This document shows, piece after piece, positions 19,548 through 27,814 of a stretch of 32,000 bases of DNA; within the stretch, counting starts at the first letter, position 1; every line of letters begins with the position of its first letter. Origin of the DNA: Nitrospira sp. (GTDB lineage Bacteria > Nitrospirota > Nitrospiria > Nitrospirales > Nitrospiraceae); NCBI GenBank assembly GCA_030123625.1, contig CP126121.1, positions 814,179 to 846,178 of the forward strand. Direction: 5' to 3'. The notes under the pieces are model-generated. The model worked only from the letters and a program-made list of their open reading frames with translations. It did not search any database and was not told where the DNA came from. The position numbers and the translations under genes are program-made.

Positions 19548-20311
19548 CAGCGAGCCTCCACTGCTTCCTGAATGACGGCCGGCTTCTCATCATTCCATAC
19601 CGGCAACGATTCCCGTTCAATCATGACACAGCGTACTCTGGCGAGGATGACCGCAATGCTGTAGAGCCAGAAAGCCACCGTCATCAGCAACATGGCGGTG
19701 AGCATGGTCGATGCCATTTTCGAGCCGGTCGCCATGCTGACCGACGCGCCCTGATGCAAGGTATTCCACCACTGCACGGAAAAATAGATAATCGGGACGT
19801 TGACCACCCCAACGAGAGCAAACACGGCACTCGCCCGGTCCGCGCGGCGCACATCATCGATCGAAGTCCGCAACAGCATGACGCCGGCGTACTGAAACAA
19901 TAAGATGAGTTCCGATGTCAATCTCGCATCCCAGACCCACCAGGCTCCCCATGTGGGCTTCCCCCACATCGCTCCTGTCAACAATGCCAAGAACGTGAAC
20001 ATCGCTCCGGTGGGAGCAATCGCTTGCGCCATCATGAAGGAAAGGCGCGCATTGAGCCCCATCCCGATGCCGGCCCACACGGCCATGACGACATAGAGGA
20101 ACATCGACATCCAGGCCGCCGGAACATGGACGAAGATAATTCGGTAGGCTTCACCCTGCTGAAAGTCGGTCGGGGCGACGAAGAACCCTATATAGAGTCC
20201 CACCCCCATGAGCACGACCGCTGCACAAGCGAACCATGGAATGAGGCGTCCCGCGAGAGGATAAAAGGCTTGGGGAGACGAATACTTCAGCCAGTTGATG
20301 CCCGTGCTCAT
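19547..20311 (-). CDS. ccmC: Heme transporter subunit CcmC
   Basis: YRIIFVHVPAAWMSMFLY...GAMWGKPTWGAWWVWDARLTSELILLFQYAG tryptophan-rich motif. Confidence 0.96.
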   Translation of the reverse strand: MSTGINWLKYSSPQAFYPLAGRLIPWFACAAVVLMGVGLYIGFFVAPTDFQQGEAYRIIFVHVPAAWMSMFLYVVMAVWAGIGMGLNARLSFMMAQAIAPTGAMFTFLALLTGAMWGKPTWGAWWVWDARLTSELILLFQYAGVMLLRTSIDDVRRADRASAVFALVGVVNVPIIYFSVQWWNTLHQGASVSMATGSKMASTMLTAMLLMTVAFWLYSIAVILARVRCVMIERESLPVWNDEKPAVIQEAVEAR

Positions 20312-20320
20312 GAAACGATG

Positions 20321-21004
20321 TCACTCCAACGCGATTCGCAACGCTGCCGCGGTAGCCCAAGGTGCCAGAAAGAGAGAGAGTACCAGACAAGCCCCGAGTA
20401 GCGACAGATTTGCTTCACCGCCGATCCCGGCCATACTGCTGGTGACGGCGCCGGCTCCAAATATCAATACTGGAACGTAAAGTGGAAGCACCAGGAGGGC
20501 GACCAGTAGACCACTCCCGCGCACGCCAAGTACTAAAGCGGCGCCGATCGCACCAATCATACTCAACGTCGGCGTCCCAAGCAAGAGCGACATGACCAGC
20601 ACTCCCAATGATTCCCCGCTTAAACCGAATTGGAGGCCGAGCAGCGGCGAGAGCAGCACGACGGGAAATCCGGAGATCATCCAATGGGCGAGAACTTTCC
20701 CCACTACCAACAAGGCAAGGGGTTGAGGAATCAAGGCCATCTGCTCAAGGGCACCGTCCAGATAGTCCGCGGTAAACACTCGGCTCAGGGACAGCAAACA
20801 GGCCAAGAGAGCCGCGACCCACAACACGCCGGGTCCGATGGTTCGTAGCACCGCCGGCTCCGGTCCTACACCGAGAGGGAAGAGACTGACCACGATCACC
20901 AGAAAGAAGACCGACATCGCGGCATCTGAACGGCGCCGCATTGCCAGCAACAGATCACGCCGGATGATTCCGCTGACGGCTTCCCACATGCTGGAGTCGC
21001 TCAT
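20321..21004 (-). CDS. ccmB: Heme exporter subunit CcmB
   Basis: 227 aa, GPGVLWVAALLACLLSLSRVFTADYLDGALEQM; ALGVLVMSLLLGTPTLSMIG-like arrangement; between ccmA and ccmC. Confidence 0.93.
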   Translation of the reverse strand: MSDSSMWEAVSGIIRRDLLLAMRRRSDAAMSVFFLVIVVSLFPLGVGPEPAVLRTIGPGVLWVAALLACLLSLSRVFTADYLDGALEQMALIPQPLALLVVGKVLAHWMISGFPVVLLSPLLGLQFGLSGESLGVLVMSLLLGTPTLSMIGAIGAALVLGVRGSGLLVALLVLPLYVPVLIFGAGAVTSSMAGIGGEANLSLLGACLVLSLFLAPWATAAALRIALE

Positions 21005-21633
21005 CCCATCAGCCTTAGACGTTGGACAACTTCCGTGGGAAGCGCAACTTCCTGATGGGTCACAACAACTGCCAGCCCCCCGCGCTGCAGATGCATAAGC
21101 AACCGCTGCGTCACGACACTGATCGCAGCCGTGTCGAGCGAGGTAAACGGCTCATCGAGCAACCATAAAGGACGAGTGGAGAGCCACAGCCTTGCCAGGG
21201 CAACTCGGCGCTTTTGTCCTTGCGAGAGCACCTTGGACGGCAAATGATGAATGGGCCGCTTCAGCCCGATCCCCTCCAAAGCCTCCTTTGCCCCATTATT
21301 GGAGCAGGATTCTCCGGCAAGCGACATCGCGCTCATCAGATTTTCCAGCGGCGTGAGATCGTCCTTAATCCCATTGAGATGCCCGATATACGTCAGTTGA
21401 CCCGAATAGAGCTCCTTGAGTTGCTGGATATCTTGTCCCTCCCACAGAACCGAACCCTGGTCAGGGGACAACAAACTGGAAAAGATACGGAGCAGACTAG
21501 TCTTTCCGCTGCCGTTTTCACCCACCACAGCCAGCAGCGACCCCCGCTCGACCTTCACATTGAGGTCGGTGAACAATCGTCGTTCACCGCGACTACAATG
21601 CAACGAAACAGCTTCCAACATAAGAAACTCCAC
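21001..21633 (-). CDS. ccmA: Heme exporter ATP-binding protein CcmA
   Basis: Walker A GENGSGKTSLLR; signature LSQGQKRRVALARL; Walker B PLWLLDEPFTSLD. Confidence 0.96.
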   Translation of the reverse strand: MEFLMLEAVSLHCSRGERRLFTDLNVKVERGSLLAVVGENGSGKTSLLRIFSSLLSPDQGSVLWEGQDIQQLKELYSGQLTYIGHLNGIKDDLTPLENLMSAMSLAGESCSNNGAKEALEGIGLKRPIHHLPSKVLSQGQKRRVALARLWLSTRPLWLLDEPFTSLDTAAISVVTQRLLMHLQRGGLAVVVTHQEVALPTEVVQRLRLMG

Positions 21634-21844
21634 GCCGATGCGCGACGAGAGTAAGGGAACAGAGCGTGGAAAAACAAGGGGAGAAAAGGGGGATGTCGAG
21701 TGGCAAGTGAGTGGACTCTCACAGCCATCTTGCTCTGAGGACGATCCTACTGGTAATTAGTGCCTGTACGGCGAAATTGGTCATCCATCACCTGGGAAAT
21801 ATCGATATACGTAGCATTGTACGTAGCCTCGAAGGAGATGAATC

Positions 21845-22396
21845 ATGAGCGAACTTGTCTGCATTGCCTTTAAGGACTCCGGTACAGCCGATCGAGTACT
21901 GAACGAACTACGGGCGATGGAAAAGGAGTATGTCCTCGACCTGGAAGATGCAGTCATCGTCGTCCGTGACATGGATGGTAAGGTCCACCTGAAGCAGTGC
22001 GTCGACGTGTTCGGCGGTGCCACCAAGCATGGCGTGGCGCTGGGTGTGTTATGGGGAGGGCTCATGGGACTGCTTTTTATGAATCCCCTGGCCGGTCTCC
22101 TGGGAAGCATTGCCGGCGGTGCAGGAGCCGGAGCCATGACCACTGCCGCCAATGAGTATGGGCTCTTGAGCGACTATGGGATCCCCGATCAATTCATCAA
22201 GGATTTGGGCAGTACGATCACGGGGGGCACCTCGGCGATCTTCTTGCTGATTCGGAGCGCTGACCAGGATAAGCTACTGGCCGGCTTCTCACGATACGAG
22301 GGAACCATTCTCAAGACCTCGCTCAGCAAAGAGCAGGAAGAGAAGCTGCGGGCCGCCCTCACGCATGAACACAAACAAAAGATAAGCAAGAGCTAG
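21845..22396 (+). CDS. DUF1269-like membrane protein with glycine-zipper segment
   Basis: VCIAFKDSGTADRVLNELRAMEKEYVLDLEDAVIVVRDMDGKVHLKQ...GLLGSIAGGAGAGAMTTAANEYGLLSDYGIPDQFIKDL. Confidence 0.85.
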   Translation: MSELVCIAFKDSGTADRVLNELRAMEKEYVLDLEDAVIVVRDMDGKVHLKQCVDVFGGATKHGVALGVLWGGLMGLLFMNPLAGLLGSIAGGAGAGAMTTAANEYGLLSDYGIPDQFIKDLGSTITGGTSAIFLLIRSADQDKLLAGFSRYEGTILKTSLSKEQEEKLRAALTHEHKQKISKS

Positions 22397-22405
22397 CGTT
22401 GCCTC

Positions 22406-22454
22406 CCAGAAATACGTTTGCCGTGAGCTTGCCGAAGGGCAAACGTATTTCTGG
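22406..22454. terminator. Long perfect hairpin downstream of the DUF1269-like gene
   Basis: CCAGAAATACGTTTGCC (22406-22422) / GGCAAACGTATTTCTGG (22438-22454), 17-bp perfect stem, 15-nt loop; followed by CAATGTCTTTCT. Confidence 0.7.
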
Positions 22455-22476
22455 CAATGTCTTTCTGGATACAATA

Positions 22477-23000
22477 TTAGGTCTCTCCTTTCTGCTTCCC
22501 ATCCAACAAACAACTGATGTTCATATCACCCATGACGTTGATCGCGGTGCGGCAGCGATCGAGGAACCAATCCACAGTCAGCAAGACGGGGATGTATTGC
22601 ACGGGCAAGCCGACTGCCGTAAAGACCATGGTCATCGTCACCAATCCCGCTTCAGGAATGCCGGCGGCGCCGACGGACGCGATGATGCTCGTGAGCACCA
22701 CCATCACTTGCTGCTGACCGGACAGATCCATCCCGATCATCTGAGCAATAAATAAGGCCGCCATCGCCTCGTAGAGCGCAGTACCGTCGTTGTTGAAATT
22801 CGCGCCGACCAGCGCTCCCATGCCGGCGGACTGTTCGCGCAATCCCACCCGATCTTTGAGCACGGCATACGTCACAGGCATGGTCGCCGTCGAGCTGGAC
22901 GTCGAAAAGGCCATGACCAGTGCATCGCGTCCGCCGCGAATCAACTCACCGGGACGTACCCAGGAACCAAAGCGGATGCGGATGAGGTAGTACGCCGCGT
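22477..23000 (-). pseudogene. 5'-truncated dicarboxylate/amino acid:cation symporter (DAACS/SDF family)
   Basis: Homologous-looking sequence begins at about YYLIRIRFGSWVRPGELI; C-terminal signature AFSTSSSTATMPVT...GANFNNDGTALYEA...VGAAGIPEAGLVTM...FLDRCRTAINVMGD; N-terminal half absent (the ORF's first ~30 aa look unrelated). Confidence 0.82.
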
Positions 23001-23120
23001 TTCCGCGGACTGTCTCTAGATGGAAAGGACTAGGTGAGTCAACCGTGAGAGAGGGATCAAGACTTCCGGAACAGTCTCTACCCACGAATGGACCAAAGCA
23101 AGACAGCGCACGTTATGCAT

Positions 23121-23432
23121 TTACACGCGTGACTGACCTTTAGGCGCAGTCAGCACAATCCGCTGGAGTTGAGGCACTAGTGGTCGGAGGTCTTTCAAGC
23201 GATTCGTCGAAGCCTGGAGGACAATCACGGCAATGCTGAACTGGGAAAGGTGCTGTTGGAAGGATAGATTTCGGTCAACTGTCACGAAAACGTCGAACTG
23301 TTCCTGTGCGCGCCTGAGCAACTCTCCATTTTGGATTCCGGCCCACCCAGCCTGGGGAACCGTGACCACCTCATGGCCTTCGATGTCCTTAGCCAATCGC
23401 CGATCGATACATTCGTCGAGAAGGATCTTCAC
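23121..23432 (-). CDS. DUF5615 PIN-like toxin
   Basis: MKILLDECIDRRLAKDIEGHEVVTVPQAGWAGIQNGELLRRAQEQFDVFVTVDRNLSFQQ. Confidence 0.9.
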   Translation of the reverse strand: MKILLDECIDRRLAKDIEGHEVVTVPQAGWAGIQNGELLRRAQEQFDVFVTVDRNLSFQQHLSQFSIAVIVLQASTNRLKDLRPLVPQLQRIVLTAPKGQSRV

Positions 23433-23650
23433 GAAGCGACGGGAAGCATCCGAGCTTTGGCTTCCTCAAGAAAAGCGATTACTTGCTCACGCGTGACCGT
23501 GGGAAATCCATCAAGGAACTCGTCGATAGTCTGTCCCCCTTCCAAATATTCGATGAGGGTTTCCACAGGCACTCTCGTTCCACGAAAGACCGGCGTTCCG
23601 CCGAGTATGTCGGGTGTGGAGGTAATGAGAGGTTGCTTCGTGGCCGCCAT
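23429..23650 (-). CDS. DUF433 antitoxin-like protein
   Basis: ITSTPDILGGTPVFRGTRVPVETLIEYLEGGQTIDEFLDGFPTVTREQVIAFLE; ATGA overlap with the toxin gene. Confidence 0.92.
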   Translation of the reverse strand: MAATKQPLITSTPDILGGTPVFRGTRVPVETLIEYLEGGQTIDEFLDGFPTVTREQVIAFLEEAKARMLPVAS

Positions 23651-23859
23651 AACAAGTCCTCAACAAGTCCTCGGGAAGGACTGAATTCTATGCCAGCAGG
23701 CGGGAGATTGCAATTCCAAGCCATTGCACAACCATGCCAGCCACCAGAGCAGTGATCACACATCATACGCGCAGTCGGCTCGTCAATATTAGGCTGTAAG
23801 GTTGATCTCATACTCGTACTGAACCCTACCTCGACTGGCACTCTCGTGATCCTAACATG

Positions 23860-24348
23860 TCACAGACGTCTGGGCACAGACGCTCCTGAATGCAGGGTAT
23901 CCTGTTTCAATTGGCCGACGAGGTAGAGCACAATCACGAGATTCAGCAGCAACATACCGATGCGAACCATCGACACCCGGTCGATCACCTCATAGAGTTC
24001 GAACGGGAGCAGCAGACTCGTCGAGATCACCGTCAGATACGCAGCCCAAGATCGCTCCAGCCACAACCCGACTCCTTCCAGCAACAACATCCCCGCATAG
24101 CCCAAACTGACAAGCGCGGCCACGAGGACGCTGTGCGGTTGCAAGGCATCCACTTTCAGCACCAGCGCATGAATGATCCGAGAATCGGCATTCAAATGGA
24201 GCGCTTCGATCAAACGGGAAAACAGCGTCGCAATGTCGGCATGCATCAATTTCAGCAAGCCAAGCCCGACAAGAAGCAAGAGCACGCCCTTCATGAGCTT
24301 GAACACCGCAATCGCGGCGAGGCCGGTTTGGTGAGAGCGCATCGTCAT
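23860..24348 (-). CDS. DUF2127-like membrane protein, intact copy
   Basis: TGLAAIAVFKLMKGVLLLLVGLGLLKLMHAD...LHLNADSRIIHALVLKVDALQPHSVLVAALVSLGYAGMLLLEGVGLWLERSWAAYLTVISTSLLLPFELYEV. Confidence 0.82.
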   Translation of the reverse strand: MTMRSHQTGLAAIAVFKLMKGVLLLLVGLGLLKLMHADIATLFSRLIEALHLNADSRIIHALVLKVDALQPHSVLVAALVSLGYAGMLLLEGVGLWLERSWAAYLTVISTSLLLPFELYEVIDRVSMVRIGMLLLNLVIVLYLVGQLKQDTLHSGASVPRRL

Positions 24349-24557
24349 CGAGTGAAGAGACTATCACACAGGACCAGGAGGCATGCATGGACAGGACTTT
24401 CAGATTACGGAGCTTGACCGGTTTTTGAATTATAAGTTTCGCTCAATAGACAGAAAATACTCCGACTTTCAGGGCGATTCGTTGAGCACACATGCATCTA
24501 AATCTACGATGGCGCACCGGCTCCTCAAGATTGAGGTTGCAGGTCTCATCTCCTTGC

Positions 24558-24770
24558 TTAAAGGTCTTCAGGGGCAAGTCCGGTCCTTTTCGACAGGCGA
24601 GCAAGCATCTTGGGGCCAATTTCTTCGCGATCGTGAAACGCAAACACAACGTCAGGCCAGCTGTCCCGCGCCAGTATCCGGTGAGAGCCGGTTGTTCGTT
24701 TGATTATCCAGCCGATGCGAAGAAGAGCGGAAAGAACACGAGGAGCGCGGGTGGAAGCCCACCGGCTCAT
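24558..24770 (-). CDS. hicA: HicA-type mRNA interferase toxin (module 1)
   Basis: RVLSALLRIGWIIKRTTGSHRILARDSWPDVVFAFHDREEIGPKMLARLSKRTGLAPEDL. Confidence 0.85.
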   Translation of the reverse strand: MSRWASTRAPRVLSALLRIGWIIKRTTGSHRILARDSWPDVVFAFHDREEIGPKMLARLSKRTGLAPEDL

Positions 24771-24988
24771 GCAGCAATGAAGGACACGTTCAGGAACTCG
24801 TCAGGAAGGGCTTCCCCATGTTCAAGGCGATCCGCTATCACACGAAGCGCTAAGGCCTGCACCGCAGCGAGAGCTTCCGCCCGAGTCTGACCATACGCCA
24901 TCACCCCAGGCAAGGTTGGCACCTCACCGATCCAGCGGCCATCATCTTCCTGCTCAAACTCGATAGTAAACTGACCGGGCTTTTCCAC
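24767..24988 (-). CDS. hicB: HicB-type antitoxin (module 1)
   Basis: QFTIEFEQEDDGRWIGEVPTLPGVMAYGQTRAEALAAVQALALRVIADRLEHGE; ATGA overlap with hicA. Confidence 0.87.
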   Translation of the reverse strand: MEKPGQFTIEFEQEDDGRWIGEVPTLPGVMAYGQTRAEALAAVQALALRVIADRLEHGEALPDEFLNVSFIAA

Positions 24989-25009
24989 ACCCCACCTCTG
25001 ACCGATAGG

Positions 25010-25255
25010 CTATGCCCGCCTCAGCCAAAATGCAAGATCATGTGGTTGCAAGGCATTCACTTTCAGCACCAGCGCATGAATGATTTGAAACTTGGCATTC
25101 AAATGGAGCGCTTCGATCAAACGGGAAAACAGCGTCGCAATGTCGGCATGCATCAATTTCAGCAAGCCAAGCCCGACAAGAAGCAAGAGCACGCCCTTCA
25201 TGAGCTTGAACACCGCAATCGCGGCGAGGCCGGTTTGATGATGGCGCGTCGTCAT
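25010..25255 (-). pseudogene. Truncated duplicate of the DUF2127-like gene
   Basis: First ~74 codons nearly identical to the 23860..24348 product (TTRHHQTGLAAIAVFKLMKG...HALVLKVNALQPH), then divergent DLAFWLRRA*. Confidence 0.88.
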
Positions 25256-25494
25256 CGAGTGAAGAGACTATCACACAGGACCAGGGGCGGATGCGGTGGA
25301 TGGGGCCTTCCGATTAAGGAGCCTGTTCCGTCTTCGCGGCCTGAGTCGCGTTCACGCGATCCGGAGTTCGCGTTAACATTGTTCATGTCCTGAGCAACCG
25401 ACCTTCAGAAGACCTTTTGACCATTCGGCGGACACAAAACAGATACAGGATTTCAATCTTGAAAGAGGTCTACTGAACTAGAGTCTGTTGACAT

Positions 25495-25917
25495 TCATTT
25501 CATCCAGAGCACGGACGCAACAAGATAGATGAGACTCGCGAAGTTGCGGACCCGTTTGGCGTACCGGGTGGCGACCGCGCGATAGTGCTTGAGCTTGTTA
25601 AAGAAGCACTCGATGCGATAGCGTTCAGCATACCGGGCGAAAGCCGTCTCGCGCAGCTCTTTGACGCAGGAGCGCGGCGGAATCACGGCTTTTGCACCGG
25701 AACGTTCAATCGCCTCCACGATCGCGTGACTGTCGTACCCCTTGTCGGCTATCACATATGGCGCAGGCCATTCTGCCAACAACGGCTCCGCCTGCGTATA
25801 GTCGGATACCTGCCCCGGTGTCAGGATAAAGCGCAGCGGATTGCCCAGGCCATCGACGGCGGTGTGGATTTTGGTGGTTAGCCCACCTTTCGACCGGTCA
25901 AGGGCTTCGTCTCAGCC
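25495..25917 (-). CDS. IS5-family transposase, C-terminal part
   Basis: Frame upstream of the ORF-track Met reads DEALDRSKGGLTTKIHTAVDGLGNP...; then MLAEWPAPYVIADKGYDSHAIVEAIERSGAKAVIPPR...RYRIECFFNKLKHYRAVATRYAKR. Located in a different frame from the N-terminal part. Confidence 0.82.
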
Positions 25918-26248
25918 GCCCCCCTTTTGCGCCAGCCGCGTGTTGGTGCGCACGGACGATGGTGGAGTCGATCATCACATACTCAAAAGCTGGATCGCCG
26001 GCTAGCTGACGAAACATGCGCTCCCACACGCCTGCCTTTGCCCACCGGTTATACCGCTGAAACACACGGTTCCAGGTGCCGAACTGTTCCGGCAGCTCCC
26101 GCCAGTGTGCACCGGTCCGCGCGATCCACAGCACCGCATCCACGAATGTCCGGTTATCGGTTGCGGTCCGTCCTGGATCGCTCGCTTTGCCAGGCAACAA
26201 CTCTTTAATCCGCTTCCATTGGTCGTCTCGTAGCTCGCGTCTCGCCAT
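25898..26248 (-). CDS. IS5-family transposase, N-terminal part
   Basis: MARRELRDDQWKRIKELLPGKASDPGRTATDNRTFVDAVLWIARTGAHWRELPEQFGTWNRVFQRYNRW...VMIDSTIVRAHQHAAGAKGG. Confidence 0.9.
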   Translation of the reverse strand: MARRELRDDQWKRIKELLPGKASDPGRTATDNRTFVDAVLWIARTGAHWRELPEQFGTWNRVFQRYNRWAKAGVWERMFRQLAGDPAFEYVMIDSTIVRAHQHAAGAKGGRLRRSP

Positions 26249-26398
26249 CCTCCCTCCGGTGGGTGTTCAACAATGCCACACCAATGCCGAGGCGGAAGCT
26301 GAATGTCAACAGACCCTAGGAACATTGAGGCCTGCTCACTTGTAAAACAGGGGGCTTACCGTTATCCTTGCAACTGAGGTCTCTCAAGAGAGGTGATC

Positions 26399-26585
26399 AT
26401 GCCCTCCGCAAAAGAGCAGATCGCCAAGATCCTTCAAGATCAACCGGATGACAGCTCCATATGATGAGCTTCTACGAGAGTTAGCGTTCGCAAGAATGAT
26501 CGACAGAGGGCTCGCTGACTCTGATGCAGGAAAGATAATCAGCCATGAAGAGATGGGGCGCCGCATCAAGACATGGCAGAGCTGA
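26399..26585 (+). pseudogene. Frameshifted antitoxin-like gene of a RelB/ParD-like module
   Basis: ATG(26399) MPSAKEQIAKILQDQPDDSSI* then, 1 nt out of frame, YDELLRELAFARMIDRGLADSDAGKIISHEEMGRRIKTWQS*. Confidence 0.75.
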
Positions 26586-26589
26586 CGTG

Positions 26590-26868
26590 AACGGCCGAAG
26601 CCGAACGATGACTGCGCGACGTCTATGACTACATCGCATTCGATAATCCATCCGCTGCCAACCGAACGATCGAAACCATCTATCTGAAAACCGAATCCTA
26701 CGAGAATTTCCACAATCAGGATACCGCTACTGGCAGAAACCGGGCCGACATATCCGCATCCTGCTTCACGGACATTATCGTATCGCTTACCTGATCAAGA
26801 ATTCAGACGCGATCGACATCATCGGCGTCTTCCATGGAGCACTCAATATCGACCGGTACCTACTCTAG
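26590..26868 (+). pseudogene. Decayed ParE/RelE-like toxin gene
   Basis: Fragments LRDVYDYIAFDNPSAANRTIETI and, in a different frame, RHIRILLHGHYRIAYLIKNSDAIDIIGVFHGALNIDRYLL* on the + strand directly downstream of the antitoxin relic. Confidence 0.75.
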
Positions 26869-27114
26869 GACCCGCACCGATCGCCCCTGCGCCAACCGCA
26901 TAGATGGCTTGCTTCGGATCATGGAAATTGGATGCCCAACGAGAAGTCACTTTTATACGCGTTCGACGGTCATACGTATTGCTGGGCCAGCCTATGCTAT
27001 CTTGAATGTGGAATCCCGTTATACACGTTATACAATTGAGTGCACAGTTGAAGATCCGACCCCCACTGTTTGCTTACACAGCGGGCCTGATAGATTGCTT
27101 CGCTGTGTACGGCT

Positions 27115-27774
27115 TCATCCTCCTGTCGCGCCATTCCTCTTGAACGATGAAATAACAGCCTCGGCAAATGCAGGGGGCTGTGGGAACTTGGCCCAATAGT
27201 CTCGTATCTTTCCCAGCGCACTCTGCTTTTCGCTGTCTTGAGACAGATGAAGAAGACTGTAGAGGGAATTCAGAGCTTCTCCATTACCTCTTGATATGTC
27301 CTCACCCAGATTCACATACATATGCAGGATGAAATTGCGCAATTCAGATTCCTTTTGTATTTTGTCCGATTCTTCTGATGATATGCCAAGAGGTGTCAAT
27401 GTCACGTGGTATTGATCCGGCTGGTACTGAATTATTGCTCCCGAAATAGCATCCGTCGTTGTGCCATAGAGGCCGGGAAATAAGATATTACCTAGAAACC
27501 ACCAATTCGTGGATTTGGCGAGTTTGATCTCCATATCCGAGTAACCGTTCTTCTTAATAACCACAACGGTATCACTGAAGAAAGATCGATCGACTACAAT
27601 ATTCGCAGGAGTGGTTCCAGAAGTAATGCCATTTACGACAACATGGGCACCTTCCGGGACAGAATTAAAGGTCATGGCTTGGCGCTTTCCATCTATGATA
27701 GAGGCGCAGCCAGAAATTAGGAAAACAAGCAGCAGAACCCACAATGACGCAGATCGCACGCACGAGTGAAGCAT
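27115..27774 (-). CDS. PEGA-like domain lipoprotein of unknown function
   Basis: Lipobox LVFLISGCAS; FNSVPEGAHVVVNGITSGTTPANIVVDRSFFSDTVVVIKKNGY. Confidence 0.75.
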   Translation of the reverse strand: MLHSCVRSASLWVLLLVFLISGCASIIDGKRQAMTFNSVPEGAHVVVNGITSGTTPANIVVDRSFFSDTVVVIKKNGYSDMEIKLAKSTNWWFLGNILFPGLYGTTTDAISGAIIQYQPDQYHVTLTPLGISSEESDKIQKESELRNFILHMYVNLGEDISRGNGEALNSLYSLLHLSQDSEKQSALGKIRDYWAKFPQPPAFAEAVISSFKRNGATGG

Positions 27775-27795
27775 GGACTACCTCCTTGCCACGCA

Positions 27796-27814
27796 AGACC
27801 AAAACTAAACCGCT
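27796..27814. repeat. Left copy of 19-bp direct repeat flanking the ISNCY-like element
   Basis: AGACCAAAACTAAACCGCT, directly abutting the left inverted repeat. Confidence 0.9.

Larger units (their letters stand above)
25482..26315 (-). mobile_element. IS5-family insertion sequence (about 834 bp)
   Basis: Imperfect terminal inverted repeats AGTCTGTTGACATTCA / GGTCTGTTGACATTCA (read from each end inward); CTAG on both sides (25478-25481, 26316-26319); two transposase reading frames inside. Confidence 0.85.

Noticed and set aside
18908-19903. 331-aa + strand ORF opposite ccmC/D/E
   Set aside because: Antisense to three well-supported ccm genes; composition typical of shadow ORFs.
21820-21840. 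Short direct repeat TACGTAGC upstream of the DUF1269-like gene
   Set aside because: Only 8 nt repeated twice, too short to separate from chance without comparative data.
26834-27199. 121-aa + strand ORF after the RelE-like relic
   Set aside because: It starts in a different frame within the toxin relic and runs antisense into the lipoprotein gene; no protein-like motif.
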